A stretch of DNA of 64,000 nt from Owenia fusiformis. Its lineage: Eukaryota. The notes under the pieces are model-generated. The model did not search any database. It saw only the letters and a program-made list of their open reading frames with translations, and was not told the DNA's origin. Location: the NCBI GenBank assembly GCA_903813345.2, contig CAIIXF020000001.1, positions 26,722,001 to 26,786,000 of the forward strand, in the 5' to 3' direction. Positions 26,732-41,900 of this stretch are shown in pieces. Positions within the stretch are counted from its first letter, which is position 1. Every line of letters begins with the position of its first letter. The translations under genes and the position numbers were made by a program.

Positions 26732-28116
26732 AACCAGAACAACGGCAACGCCAAAGCGTAGCGAATCCCATCGAACAGAAATGGCTGGCATTTTACAAAC
26801 GAAATATATAGCAAATATCATAAAATAACACACATAAGAAAGGCCACCATTTTCAAAATGGTTGCTCACTAGCCAAGTTGTCATCAGAAGTAATATGCTT
26901 TTTTTTCTAGCATTCACAACCAAATATGAACAAAATCGCTCTACTACTTTTCGAGTTATAGTAAAATACTTTAAAATGGTGGCCATTTTTCAAAATGGCC
27001 GCCTTCTACCAAAAGTGTCATTAGACAGTGTGCCATGCTTATAGTATTCACATACCAAATATGAACAAAATCGCTCCACTACTTTTCAAGTTACAGCAAA
27101 AATTGTAAAATAACAAGTAAAGACCGAGTAAAATACGTTTAAATGGCGGCCATTTTTTAAAATGGTCACCTTCTACCAAAAGTGTCATTAGACAGTGTAC
27201 CATGCTTATAATATTCACATACCAAATATGAACAAAATCGCTCCACCACTTTTCAAGTTATAGTTAAATACGTTAAAATGGCAGCCATTTTTCAAAATGG
27301 CCACCTTCTACCAAAAGTGTCATTAGACAGTGTGCCATGCTTATATTATTCACATACCAAATATGAACAAAATCGCTCCACTACTTTTCGAGTTAAAGTA
27401 AAATACGTTAAAATGGCGGCCATTTTTCAAAATGGCCGCCTTCTACCAAAAGTGTTATTAGACAGTGTGCCATGCTTATAGTATTCACAAACCAAATATG
27501 AACAAAATCGCTCCACTACTTTTTGAGTTATAGTAAAATATGTTAAAATGGCAGCCATTTTTCAAAATGGTGGCCATTTTTCAAAATGGCCGCCTCCTAC
27601 AAAAAGTGTCATTAGACAGTGAGCCATGCTTATAGTATTCACATACCAAATATGAACAAAATGGCTCCACTACTTCTTGAGTTACAACATAATTCGTAAA
27701 ATAACGAGTAAAGGCCGCCATTTTTCAAGATGGCTGCCATGTGCTTCTTAAATATCTACATTTCTAGCTTTATCAATGTCCTATATAATTTTTTTACATT
27801 AAAACATATTGCTATTACAGTTTTACATATTGCACCTAAATTACAGTAAAATAGGCACTAAAATGGCCGCCATTTTTGAATGAGCGGCCATTTTGAAAAT
27901 CGGCTTTCGAGCAGAACTTCTACTCCCATAGGGTATATGTGTACAAAATATGAACAAAATCGGGCCAACGGTATTTGAGTTATTGCCCGGACGGACGGAC
28001 GGACAGACAGACGGACGGACGGACGGACGTACGTACAGACGTACGTACGGACGGACGGACGGACGGACGGAGGCGTTCCCTATATCCCTCCGAACTTCGT
28101 TCGATGGGATAATAAA
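26732..28116 (+). mobile_element. Helentron/HINE (DINE-1/pearl-like) non-autonomous element with ~135-bp core repeats
   Basis: Six core repeats (CAAATATGAACAAAAT at 26921, 27056, 27223, 27358, 27493, 27647), a (GGAC)n microsatellite at 27988-28070 and a 3' stem-loop TCCCTCCGAACTTCGTTCGATGGGA followed by an A-rich end. Confidence 0.75.
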
Positions 28117-29955
28117 GGATTTGAAGTGCAATCATCTACATGTACATAACATGTTTTGAAATATTGTACTGCAGTGTAATTATATTTACAAATTATTTAT
28201 ATTTATAATAAATATCAATATTAAAACACAATTCCATTTCTGTTGCCTTTCTTTATTATGTAACACTTTATCAATTTAGACACCAAGGTTACAGTAAAAT
28301 ACAAAGTACATTATATATTGTTAATATATCATGGTAATACTAAATTCATTTTCTTGCATTTTTTATAATACAGTAATCATTGGCCAATAGGAGCCAGGAC
28401 TCACATAGATGGGAGTTCACTAATTTTCTCGAGTGGGTTGTTAACACCAGTCCCGGACACCAGTTCACCAATTTCACAAAAAATCAACAATATTTCGTCA
28501 CAATATCCTCTGCATATTGGTTTTTCCAGAGTATTATGTGGCGATATTCTCAAGTTATTCATTTTGCTAATAGATATCATATTCATCTTTTTAATATTAT
28601 TATTCATTTAGTACATTAAGTGTAGGATAACTTCAAATATACTACATAAACTAAACTGATATCACATTTTCTCTTCATGATTATTTACTTATATATATTA
28701 TACTTGCCATATATATATTTTCTTGCCATAATTATTTACTCCTAATGTTTAGAGTTTTAATATGATAAGGTTTTGGGAGATTTTCATTGAAATTTATCTT
28801 GAGGGATTTTTGAAGCAATTTGTACATCTACAAGTATACCCACTGAATTCTTCGCCATTTTTTGACAGTCCTCAAGGCAATTATTACCCTACTGGCCTAT
28901 ACAGAATGTAGAGGTCTGTAATTGTTTTTAACCCGAAAAAGGGTAACAAATCCAAGACTAAAACTGATCACTCATACTAATCAAATTCAACTTTACTATC
29001 TCTGATTTTTGATATGATGCTACATATGTATGAAACCATCAAAGCTTTTATTTCAATTTCTATTTCAATTTTATTTATTATACCATCACCCAAATAAAGG
29101 GTATTAGGCAAAAGTACATACAGTAAACAATTAAGTATTTCATTCACTTCACTCCGCCTACTTTTCAGCAAGTTGAGATGCTAAATTCTGCAAGGGCAAA
29201 TGCCCAATTCTGCAGGAACTCTGTGTGATTTCTCGATGTTTTTAATGAAAATCAAGACAAATTGAGGGTAAAATATCAAGATATGTACATACAGTTAAAA
29301 ACACATGGTGGTATCTAGCAAGAAAGCAAAATGATAAAACAATAGACCTAGGACAAATTTATTTTATGTCTTTTGGTTATACTTTCACAAAATATGTCAA
29401 TTCCATGGAAAGGGATCAAAGTTTATGATTCTGCAACTCAAGGTCAATTCCATCCACGCTCTGCGAAAATAGAATTCTAGTAGGGGGAGTGATAATTTCC
29501 TTTTTGGAAAATCCATGTGTTCGATTTAAGTAGTGCCTTGAGGATCAAAAAATGAAGACAATCTACTGAACTGGCCTACAATTTTCTCATCTTGAGTTAC
29601 TAAGTACATGTATTTGGTTACTTTGAGCCAACTTTGAGTTATGGTTTGTGTCTGCCATAATCATTCCAAAAATATGGAAAATTAAATGTATATAACTCTA
29701 GACTGAACACAAATGGGTCATATGAAACACTGCATGCCTATAAGGCACTTTAAGAAGGCTTCGCTTACTGTTAGATTACCTGAGATAAATATCATTTGCC
29801 CTTGTATTGTAACATACCATTGGAAAGGAAAATACATGATAGATAATATGATTACATGAAGTATTATGATTAAAATCAATAATACCTAAAGTTCGATTTA
29901 GGAATAAACAAAGAGCAAACTAGCTAAAGGTTAAATGTGTGATGAAACATATCCT

Positions 29956-32900
29956 CTATTTTGCAGTTGCTTCTGTAATCTTGCTCCTGAGTTCTGCTGG
30001 GGTAAATACACCAAATTCTGTAATAATCCCTCCAGTTATTAGAGCTGCAGGGGTAACATCAAAGGCAGGATTCCAACAGCCTATACCTTGAAAATATATA
30101 ACAACATTTATCCCATGGTTGCAAGGATATATATAGATAGAATATCTCGGTAGATATACTGTACTCCCAGTTAATTGCGTGAGTTTTAATTTATTTAGAA
30201 TCCAAAACATTACAGATGCAACAGAGTTGTTAACAAGCTTTACTCAAAAAAGATACACAAAATTTAGTGGAATATGGAATGGAATAATAGTCATCTAAAA
30301 TGACATTTTAACAAAATTTAGAATTTCTGCCATTTTCAAATGACCATGCTAAAATTGCAAGACAACTACGTTCAAATACTAGACTTAGTAAAGTACACAT
30401 GTATATGGTTCTGGGTTCTCCCCAGAATCTAATTGCATGGCGCTCCCCCCTGCTCACCCGTTTTCCCCGCCCTGTTCCCCCCCTGCTTGCTTCGCCCGCC
30501 CTGCTTAGCGCCCCGCTACTTCAAAACTTACGTACATTATTTTATTCTCCTGGATATTCGACGAAATCACATAAAATTCAAAACTTTTTCAAAAAGTTTT
30601 TCCCGATTTGCCATTCCGAAGGACGAATCTTAAATGTCTTCTGATTGACTCAAAACTCATGATTAGTTACGAAATATCCAATCAAATTATCTATTACTCA
30701 TCGTGCGTCATCGACATAATCTGCCCCAGGTTCGGTTCGATCACTTGATTTGACTACGTATGCGCCCAAAACATTCTAACTTATCAAAATCGTTCATTTG
30801 ATGCGTGCGTTCAGAAAATTAGAAAAAGTTAACAGTTGAACCTATACTGCAACGCGGAGTGATATGATCACTGATCATCAAAATCGCCAATTTGGAATAA
30901 AACAAACATAAAAACGACTAAAACTACAATTTGACAATGAAGTATTATTTTTTATTAATAGTTATTATAATTGCGAACGAATTAATGTTCTAATCTTGCT
31001 TTTGATGGTTGTCATGATAAAGAAGTTCGACTTCCGGTTCTTTATGCGGGAAACTCAAAAAAAAAATGGGTAAAATTAAAAAGACTTATCTAAAGAATAG
31101 AATGAAAGTAGAAACAGTGGACAGGGTCCTCAACATTATCATAAATGGACCAAGGGAAGAGGTGTTCGATTTTGAGGCAGCATGGGGAGGTTGGGGGAGG
31201 TGGTTTGACATGCACCCCAGAAGATGTAGGGACAGAAGACTTTAAGGAACATCAGTGTCACAATATAGGGTAGCGATTTTTCGGTTTTTATTTTGTGCTA
31301 CTTTTGGACTTAGAATAAAATTTAAAAAGACCAGGCATTTTAAAAAACATAGCTAGAGTTCAGTTCAGCCTAGACTATCTATAGATTTTCATACCTTTTT
31401 TGAAAACCAACACAAAAGGCCAAAAGTAACACTTTTCCAGAAAATAAACAAGAGTCAGCCTATCGATAGATTTTTATACCTTTTTTCAAAACCAACACAA
31501 ATGGCCAAAAGTAACACTTTTTTCGGAAAATAAATAGAGTCCAGCCTATCGATAGATTTTGATACCTTTTTTCAAAACCAACACATATGGCGAAAAGTAA
31601 CACTTTTTCGGAAAATAAACAAGAGTCTAGCCTATAGATAGATTTTGATACCTTTTTAAAAACCAACACAAATGGCGAAAAGTAACACTTTTTCAGAAAA
31701 TAAACAGAGTCCAGCCTATTGATAGATATTCATACCTTTTTTCAAAACCAACACAAATGGCCAAAAGTAACACTTTTCCAGAAAATAAACAGAGTCCAGC
31801 TATCGATAGATTTTCTTACCTTTTTTCAAAACCAACACAAATGGCAAAAAGTAACACTTTTCCTTTTCCAGCATACGATAGATTTTCATACCTTTTTTCA
31901 AAACCAACACAAATGGTGAAAAGTAGCACTTTCCAGAAAATAAACAGAGTCCAGCCTATCGATAGATTTTGATACCTTTTTTCAAAACCAACACAAATGG
32001 TGAAAAGTAACACTTTTTCAGAAAATAAACAGAGTCCAGCCTATCCATAGATTTTGATACCTTTTTTCAACCAACACAAATGGCGAAAAGTAACACTTTT
32101 TCAGAAAATAAACAGAGTCCAGCATACGATAGATTTTGATACCTTTTTTCAAAACCAACACAAATGGCGAAAAGTATCACTTTTCAGAAAATAAACAGAG
32201 TCCAGCATACGATAGATTTTCATACCTTTTTTCAAAACCAACACAAATGGCGAAAAGTAACACTTTTCAGAAAATAAACAGAGTCCAGCATACGATAGAT
32301 TTTCATACCTTTTTTCAAAACCAACACAAATGGTGAAAAGAAGCACTTTCCAGAAAATAAACAGAGTCCAGCCTATCGATAGATTTTGATACCTTTTTTC
32401 AAAACCAACACAAATGGTGAAAAGTAACACTTTTTCAGAAAATAAACAGAGTCCAGCCTATCCATAGATTTTGATACCTTTTTTCAAAACCAACACAAAT
32501 GGCGAAAAGTAACACTTTTTCAGAAAATAAACAGAGTCCAGCCTACCGATAGATTTTCATACCTTTTTTCAAAACCAACACAAATGGCGAAAAGTAACAC
32601 TTTTCAGAAAATAAACAGAGTCCAGCCTACCGATAGATTTTCATACCTTTTTTCAAAACCGACACAAATGGCGAAAAGTAACACTTTTCAGAAAATAAAC
32701 AGAGTCCAGCATACGATAGATTTTCATACCTTTTTTCAAAACCAACACAAATGGTGAAAAGTAGCACTTTCCAGAAAATAAACAGAGTCCAGCCTATCGA
32801 TAGATTTTGATACCTTTTTTCAAAACCAACACAAATGGTGAAAAGTAGCACTTTCCAGAAAATAAACAGAGTCCAGCCTATCGATAGATTTTGATACCTT

Positions 32901-35900
32901 TTTTCAAAACCAACACAAAGGGCCAAAAGTAACACTTTTTCAGAAAATAAACAGAGTCCAGCCTATCGATAGATTTCGATACCTTTTTTCAAAACCAACA
33001 CAAATGGTGAAAAGTAACACTTTTCAGAAAATAAACAGAGTCCAGCCTATCGATAGATTTTGATACCTTTTTTCAAAACCAACACAAATGGTGAAAAGTA
33101 ACACTTTTTCAGAAAATAAACAGAGTCCAGCCTATCCATAGATTTTGATACCTTTTTTCAAACGCACTTTCGGTAGGCTGGACTCTGTTTATTTTCTGAA
33201 AAAGTGTTACTTTTCGCCATTTGTGTTGGTTTTGAAAAAAGTATCAAAATCTATCGATAGGCTGGACTCTATTTTCCGAAAAAAGTGTTACTTTTAGCCA
33301 TTTGTGTTGGTAAAAGGTATCAAAATCTATCGATAGGCTGGACTCTGTTTATTTTCTGGAAAGTGCTACTTTTCACCATTTGTGTTGGTTTTGAAAAAAG
33401 GTATGAAAATCTATCGTATGCTGGACTCTGTTTATTTTCTGAAAAGTGTTACTTTTCGCCATTTGTGTTGGTTTTGAAAAAAGGTATCGAAATCTATCGA
33501 TAGGCTGGACTCTGTTTATTTTCTGAAAAAGTGTTACTTTTGGCCCTTTGTGTTGGTTTTGAAAAAAGGTATCAAAATCTATCGATAGGCTGGACTCTGT
33601 TTATTTTCTGGAAAGTGCTACTTTTCACCATTTGTGTTGGTTTTGAAAAAAGGTATGAAAATCTATCGTATGCTGGACTCTGTTTATTTTCTGAAAAGTG
33701 TTACTTTTCGCCATTTGTGTTGGTTTTGAAAAAAGGTATGAAAATCTATCAGAAGGCTGGACTCTGTTTATTTTCTGAAAAAGTGTTACTTTTCGCCATT
33801 TGTGTTGGTTTTGAAAAAAGGTATCAAAATCTATGGATAGGCTGGACTCTGTTTTTTTTCTGAAAAAGTGTTACTTTTCACCATTTGTGTTGGTTTTGAA
33901 AAAAGGTATCAAAATCTATCGATAGGCTGGACTCTGTTTATTTTCTGGAAAGTGCTACTTTTCACCATTTGTGTTGGTTTTGAAAAAAGGTATGAAAATC
34001 TATCGTATGCTGGACTCTGTTTATTTTCTGGAAAAGTGATACTTTTCGCCATTTGTGTTGGTTTTCAAAAAAGGTATGAAAATCTATCGATAGGCATATG
34101 ACTCTGTTTGTTTTCTGGAAATGTGCTACTTTTGGCCATTTGTGTTGGTTTTGAAAAAAGGTATGAAAATCTATCGATAGGCTGGACTCTGTTTATTTTC
34201 TGGAAAGTGCTACTTTTCACCATTTGTGTTGGTTTTGAAAAAAGGTATGAAAATCTATCGTATGCTGGACTCTGTTTATTTTCTGGAAAGTGCTACTTTT
34301 CACCATTTGTGTTGGTTTTGAAAAAAGGTATGAAAATCTATCGTATGCTGGACTCTGTTTATTTTCTGAAAAGTGTTACTTTTCGCCATTTGTGTTGGTT
34401 TTGAAAAAAGGTATGAAAATCTATCGGTAGGCTGGACTCTGTTTATTTTCTGAAAAAGTGTTACTTTTCGCCATTTGTGTTGGTTTTGAAAAAAGGTATC
34501 AAAATCTATCGATAGGCTGGACTATGTTTATTTTCTGGAAAAGTGTTACTTTTGGCCATTTGTGTTGGTTTTGAAAAAAGGTATGAATATCTATCAATAG
34601 GCTGGACTCTGTTTATTTTCTGAAAAAGTGTTACTTTTTGCCATTTGTGTTGGTTTTGAAAAAGGTATCAAAATCTATCGATAGGCTGGACTCTTGTTTA
34701 TTTTCCAAAAAAGTGTTACTTTTCGCCATATGTGTTGGTTTTGAAAAAAGGTATCAAAATCTATCGATAGGCTGGACTCTGTTTATTTTCCGAAAAAAGT
34801 GTTACCTTTCACCATTTGTGTTGGTTTTGAAAAAAGGTAAGAAAATCTATCGATAGCTGGACTCTGTTTATTTTCTGGAAAAGTGTTACTTTTTGCCATT
34901 TGTGTTGGTTGAAAAAAGGTAAGAAAATCTATCGATAGCTGGACTCTGTTTATTTTCTGGAAAAGTGTAACTTTCTGTTTATTTTCTGGAAAAGTGTTAC
35001 TTTTGGCCATTTGTGTTGGTTTTGAAAAAAGGTATGAATATCTATCAATAGGTTGGACTCTGTTTATTTTTTGGAAAAGTGCTACTTTTCGCCATTTGTG
35101 TTGGTTTTGAAAAAAGGTAGTCTATCAAAATATATCGATAGGCTGGACTCTGTTTATTTTCTGAAAAAGTGTTACTTTTGGCCATTTGTGTTGCGTTTGA
35201 AAATTTTTTTTAATCTGATCCCTGATGCCTGGTCATTTTAAATTTTATTCTAAGTCCAAAAGTAGCACAAAATAAAAACCCAAAAATCTCTACCCTATAT
35301 CGTGACATATATCTTAAGGAAACATAATGAACAATGAATACTCATGACACTACAAGCATATTATCATGTATTGTTAAATAAAAGGTTTTCTAAATGAGAA
35401 TTGGTGTTTATATAGCGAGCGAAGCGAGCGGCAAAAATTGGCACAAAAATCATGCGAGCGAAGCGAGCGGCGAAACTTGTTAAAGGCCCCATATAAAGTT
35501 TAAACCACTTTGGCTTATATTGTAGTCTTACCCAATGTTATCAAAGTGTGATATGTGAAACTTTTTTTTTAAATTTCAAAAAGTGGTTTTTGATAGACTT
35601 TTTGTTCCAAAATTTGTGAATTTATTTAAAACCAACTTTTAGAGGTCACTCATATCTTCTAATTAGCCACAATTCATACCAATGCATAGCATTCATCCTC
35701 CCATGTTTTTTGCCGAAAAAATTAAGAAAATCGGTTCATGAATAAGCGAGAAATGAACTTATCAGTGCATGAAAATGGTTCTGAGAAAAATGCATTTCAA
35801 AATTTTAGTTCTCATAGAAACCAATGGTACAATGATATCTAAAACATAATTTATACTTCCTTTTAACCTTGTTAGACAATCAAAATTGGTTTTTTATGAA

Positions 35901-38900
35901 AGTCTAACATATTGAGAAAAGATTGATAACGAAAAAAGAATTTCAATTTTTTTCAAAAAGTTTTTGGTACCTTAGTGACATCACTAATGTTTCAAAATAC
36001 TTTTGATATGTTAAAACATTGAAGTGGCCCATTAAATATGGCATTTTATTATTGAAAGAGTGTGTCCTTTGTTCAACCTTTGCATTGGTGTTAAAAAGGT
36101 AAGCTTTTTTGAAATGCATTAAGAAATATTTGATGATTAAGAAATTTCAACTTTTTTTGAAAAATGGCGGGAAATTTGAATATTTGAGAAATGAAATGCT
36201 CACAACTTTTTTTTCAAAAATTTTTTTTTGTTAAAAAATCTCTAAAATCACTTTTTAAGTCCTGACAAATAGTAAATGAATGATAAAAAAATATTTTCAA
36301 ACTTTAGACGGGGACTTTAAAAAATCCCCCCCTGCTATGAAAAAATCCTGGGGAGATCACTGTGGTTTGATACAGTGACCCACCTTCAGGTGCCAAAGAC
36401 ACTCCATTCATTGTGGTCATCTCTATGTGAGGTCTCTCTTCGATTATAATATCTTCTCCAGTCTCAAGCGTCAAGTCTATAGTCGTACTGGGTGCAGCTA
36501 TGTAAAAAGGTACATTATGAAATTTGGCAACAATCGCCAATTGATAAGTTCCAATTTTGTTGGCTGTGTCACCATTGGCAACAACGCGATCAGCACCAAC
36601 AACTATTGCAGACAAGTCTTTGGTTTTCATCAACATTGCTGCCATGCTGTCACAGATTAATGATGCTGATATTTTGTCCTGTACAAGCTCATAAGCAGTT
36701 AGTCGAGACCCCTGGTTATACGGCCTAGTTTCAGTACAGAAAGCATGCTCCAAGCAGCCATTTTTCACAAGTGACCTCATAACCCCTGAAAAAATGAACA
36801 CATAACTTGAATATAGGCTGGTTGTACAACAACTAACTATTTTTGCTGCAGACCAACTTTTGAATATTTTTGGGCAAGTATAAAATAACATGTAAATTGT
36901 ATTAGTATACTGTATGTATATGATATGCATTTTAAACTGATGCACAAAGCAATTAAATGTAAATCAAAAGTAATAATTACAGATTACTTTATTGATAGTT
37001 GAGATTAATAAAAGCCAAATCCAATTATTCACATCAATACGGAAATTGCACAATGTTTGCACATCATATTATATATACTTAGACCCGCCTGAAGTGAATC
37101 TGCTGGGGCTAGCTAAATATGTTACAATGAAAGGTTATATATGATTGCATGACAGTCAAAGCAGAGATTTCAAAATATGAGATTTTGTGGCGTTCATCTT
37201 ATACATGTATGAGTGTTGCTTATATACTACATACCTACTGCTGTCCCGTATCCAGCTGTAGCCAGAGCCCCTGCGTTACAATGTGTTAACACCTTCAGAC
37301 CTTTGGGGGCCACATTCTCTGCTATATGCTTAGCACCATGGTCCCCAATAGCTTTGTTCACAGCAATATCATCAGCTTGCATGCACTCAATCTGTTCAAG
37401 TATCCTGAAACATGCCCCCTGGTAATAATTCTCATGATGTACAAATAGCACTATTAATTGGAATTACATGTACATGTATTAAATTCACAAGTTCATATTT
37501 TTCTGTATCTGTAGCTAAAGAGCCCAGTTATGGATAGTGAATTAAACATTTTAACAGAATTAAAGAATTTTAACAGACACGTGTATGTGGCAACCCCAGT
37601 CGCCAAAACATAACTTATTTTTCTAATGTTCTTCAAAAAATGAACAAATTGTGGCATTAACTTCTGAATTGCATACAAGTACTAACCTTTGATGCATCTG
37701 TGAGACATCTATAGATGTAGAAGAACATAATTCACTAGCTAGCTTTGTCAGTTTTCTCTCAGCATCCACTATGTTTACTGCAGTAGGCCTGGCTGTGGTT
37801 AGATACTTCATCTTTTCAGCAACAAACTTATACAGATCATCCTTTGTTTGGAATGTATTTTTGTGGAGGTCAACAGCCAGACTTAAACACCCAGTCACTG
37901 CAATTGCTGGAGCTCCACGAACCTGTAGATGGACAGAACCAAATATTCAATAAAATCATGGAATTACAGAAATGGATTCATATCCACTCCCTGTGTACCA
38001 GGAATGTTTCTGTGTCCAATGAAGTATATAAAATTCTTCTGACATTTGTGGTATAGACAAAAGTATGACGGAGAGCTATTTACATACAGGCACTAGATCT
38101 AGTTCTTGGTACATATAGAGTGGGAAGGCAAACGTCCTTTGTTCTGCCCTGTGAAATTCTATGCACACAATTATTAATGTGAGAAAGCATTACTTCCCAA
38201 AAATACATAATAACATTTCAATTAAGAAATAAGGTACAATTAAATGCTATAAAACGTAACACAGCACATTGTCAAGTGGAAATAAAGCTAGGGGAAGTAA
38301 CAAATATGCAAATTAATTTACTCCATCAGCCATTTGGATAGCACTTCCTATGTAAACAAATATTTTTGATACCAAATTTTAACATACATGTATGTGGGTT
38401 ATAGTCTCAATATTTTGTTTCCAATGGAGGGGGAGTTGTTAGTAGAATGAATTGGGGGAGTTTTTTCATGCATTTTGCTTATGTTTTTCATCTTTATGAT
38501 ATTTTATTGATTGATTGATTGATTTGATTTATCCCCAAAAATATATCTCATTTTAAAGGATTATCTATGGATTAAGACCAAGACATTTTTTTTATTTTTC
38601 AAACTTCAGAGGGCTGGGAATCATTGGTAGTCAACAGTTTTGAATAATATAAATGATGTATTAAATAGGTTTCATGTATGCCAATAATTTCTCAAATTGT
38701 GTAAACTGAACACAATCAAATTGTGTAAACTGAACACAATCTTTTATCCCTAGAATATTCTTTTGGAGGAATTTCCCATGTAAATCCAATCGTGTGGTTC
38801 CAAGCAGATTTTGAGATAACGGGAAGGTTAATCTTTAATACACACATTATTGGGTTGTTTTTGTTTACCTCTCGACCCACTGAACTGAAATCAAATTTTC

Positions 38901-41900
38901 TCAAAGTTTATCAAATAAAGTTTTAATAAAAAAAATCAGAATTAAGACAAAACTTCGATAAGAAGAATAACAGGTTCAAAATGTTTGCAAAGTACATTTT
39001 AATGCTTCCATCAAATAATATTTTGAAGCAAAAGTAAAAAGAATTTTGGCAGGCTTTGTATAAAAAACCTTGTACCTCCTACCCATGTACGTCAGGTATG
39101 ATACAGTCTTTGAAGGGTTCAATCTTTAAAATAGTAAGATTATTCAATCTCCGTCTATGCTGAATTGTAGATGCATTAATGCAGTAGGCCTACACGTATG
39201 TCTTATAGATATAACATTTGTCTAGTCAAAAAATAAGGCCAAAATTGCAAAATTGTTGCTTCATCAAAATTGCACAATTAAAAAGCTCGTTCACTATAGA
39301 AGTAATCAACACTTAACTCATTTTTTTCATTTTCTGGGAATTCAAGGAAGTTGTCTAAAAGGTGTCACTCTACTGCCACATTTACATTGATATTACAACC
39401 TTCTTTATTGGTGTTCTACCCCGTGTTCTACTCTCCCCATCATTCAATTTGGAACCAGATAGCGAATCATCATCCATAGTTAAATACACACTGTCGCGTG
39501 TTGGGCTGAATTTATGATCCATGAGACTAAAATCATCGTTACTCATGCTGTGATTAAATAAAAGATTAAGATACTTAGATTTTCCCTATTGAACGAGCCT
39601 TCGAATGACGCTATTTTGACAAACAATAAAAAACTCAAATTAACTATACAGCTATACTGAGTATACTATGAGTGCATAATACATCTAAGTTAGCATTAAA
39701 TAAGATTGAATAATCTTTTAAAACTTTAAAAATTGAACCTTTCAAAGACTGTATTAGATATCCACGTACATGGGTACAAGAGATTAAGTGCTCAAAATGG
39801 TTGAAAACTGCATGATTTTGAAAGAATTTTTGGCCGGAGGGGGGGGGGGGGGGTTGCCCGCAAACCCCCCTTGGCTATGGGCCAGTAATCATTCTATCAA
39901 ATACATCAAAATGCTATTTACCACACAGGCAAGAAGTAAATAACAATTCATCTGCTCTTACTTAGATTTCGACCGCCCATTTGACAATTTATAATATTAT
40001 TGTTGATACCGCCGCAAAACATCCCCGTGAGAGTTATAACTTTTACATCAAAGAGAAAATTGGTTTTGCAAACGGTGAAATAATATCGAACAATGTGACC
40101 ATCAAATGATATAATATAATTGCTTATATTCTACCATCCTTTTGATGTGGAGAATTTTAAGTCCTAAAATTAAATTTCAAGTGTTGATCAATAGAGCAGT
40201 AGAACAAGTGGTCAGTCCTGTGACATGTGACATGGCCTTCTTATATCCCTATTTAATTATTTAGATTTTGTTTATTCAGAGATATCTAATAAGTAAAACA
40301 TATATTTTCTTTCCGTTTGAATCCTGCCGACACACATAACAATAATATATCAATACATCATCATTTACTAGAAATTTATAAAAACAGTACATTATACGGG
40401 TAAATATAATAAATGTCTAGACTAGACTATAAAATAAGCACTTTACTTCCACACTTTATTAAACAATACAATAAACATGTCTTATTACAACCCCTTTATT
40501 TAAGGACAGGGTGCATGTTGGGAAATTTTCTGCATTCCTCAATTGAGTCACATGTTATTTTTCAAACATGAATAACTCCTTCCCCACATTGTCTACATCT
40601 TCTAAGTTTGCACAAAGAGTGCACTTCTGTGCCTAGAAAAGCCTTGTGAGAAGGTTTGTTTTGTAAAATGTATAAAAAATGAGAAAATTCAGTGAAAAAA
40701 ATTTCTGAAAATTTTCTGATTTTTTTCACTGAATTTTCTTGTTTTTTATACACTTTATCAAAACATTCTTCTCACAAGTCTTTTCTAGACACAGAAGTGC
40801 ACTCTTTGTGCAAAACTGAAAGATATAGACAATGAAAGGAAGGAGTGATTCTTGTTTGAAAAATAACATGTGACTCAATTGAGGAATGCAGAAAATTTCC
40901 CATCATGCACCCTGACCTTAAAGGTGCACCTTAGGGGAAATGATGTTGCCACATAAATCCAATGCTTTTGAAGTTGATTGACTAATGGAATTGTCAGAAA
41001 ATTAGCGAAGAGTCTTAATTGAGTTGTAATTTTGTGAATTAGAATAGAGAATTTAACAAAAAGGCACATGCTATCTATTGCAAGACTAACGCCTGGTGTA
41101 ACCGTCACCATGTTATTCGGTGTTTTTTAAGTAGCGCAAGGATCCTGTCATGACCGTGGTAATGTTAAAGCCTGATATGACCGTTACAATGCTTGCAAGG
41201 CCTGTCATAACCGTGACAATGCTATATTATATTGCAAGGCCTGTCATGACCGTGGTAATGTTAAAGCCTCGTATGACCGTGACAATAGTTCCAAGGCCTC
41301 TCATGACCGTGGTTGTATTTAAAGTAGCTTGAGAACACTGTAATGACAATTTTTCTTCGTGTTTAACTACCTTAAATATGTAAATAAAGACTACTAAAAA
41401 TGTGTATTAATTTCACAACGAAAACCTAATTTTTACTCATAAATAATTTGTGAACAAACTATATCTCTACTCTCATTCAAGGAGCTTCGATTCGAAAGCA
41501 TATACTTTCTATAATGATCAATTAATAAGATTTATCCATAAAAAATACCAACAGCAATGGGCGAAACATGAAGGTCATTAATGTCATATAAAGGTTGCGG
41601 TCGCGCCAGGCTTACACGATTACACTACCACGGTCATGGCAGGCATTTTAATATAATACAGCATTGTCGCGGTTATACCAGGCTTTCACGATAACATTAC
41701 CACGGTCATGGCAGGATCCTTGCGCTACTTAAAAAACACCGAATAACATGGTGACGGTTATGCCAGGCGTTAGTCTTGCAACAGATAGGGTCTCCAAAAA
41801 GGGCCTTTTTGTAATATTTTAGGAACTAATTATTGATTGTCAGACAATGTCAGTTGAAATGTTCACCTGCATTTTTTTAATTACACTCCACCCATCCTCT

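Larger units (their letters stand above)
30411..36362 (+). mobile_element. Internally deleted hAT element with 5-bp TSD in MRI1 intron 4
   Basis: Imperfect TIRs CTGGGTTCTCCCAG / CTGGGGAGATCACTG; TGGTT duplicated at 30406-30410 and 36363-36367; ~31093-31230 translates [31 protein letters not shown], resembling a hAT transposase C-terminus. Confidence 0.7.

Noticed and set aside
31460..35241. Repetitive ORFs (ICVGFEKRY...) on both strands
   Set aside because: Translations of the 84-bp satellite, mirrored across the inversion.
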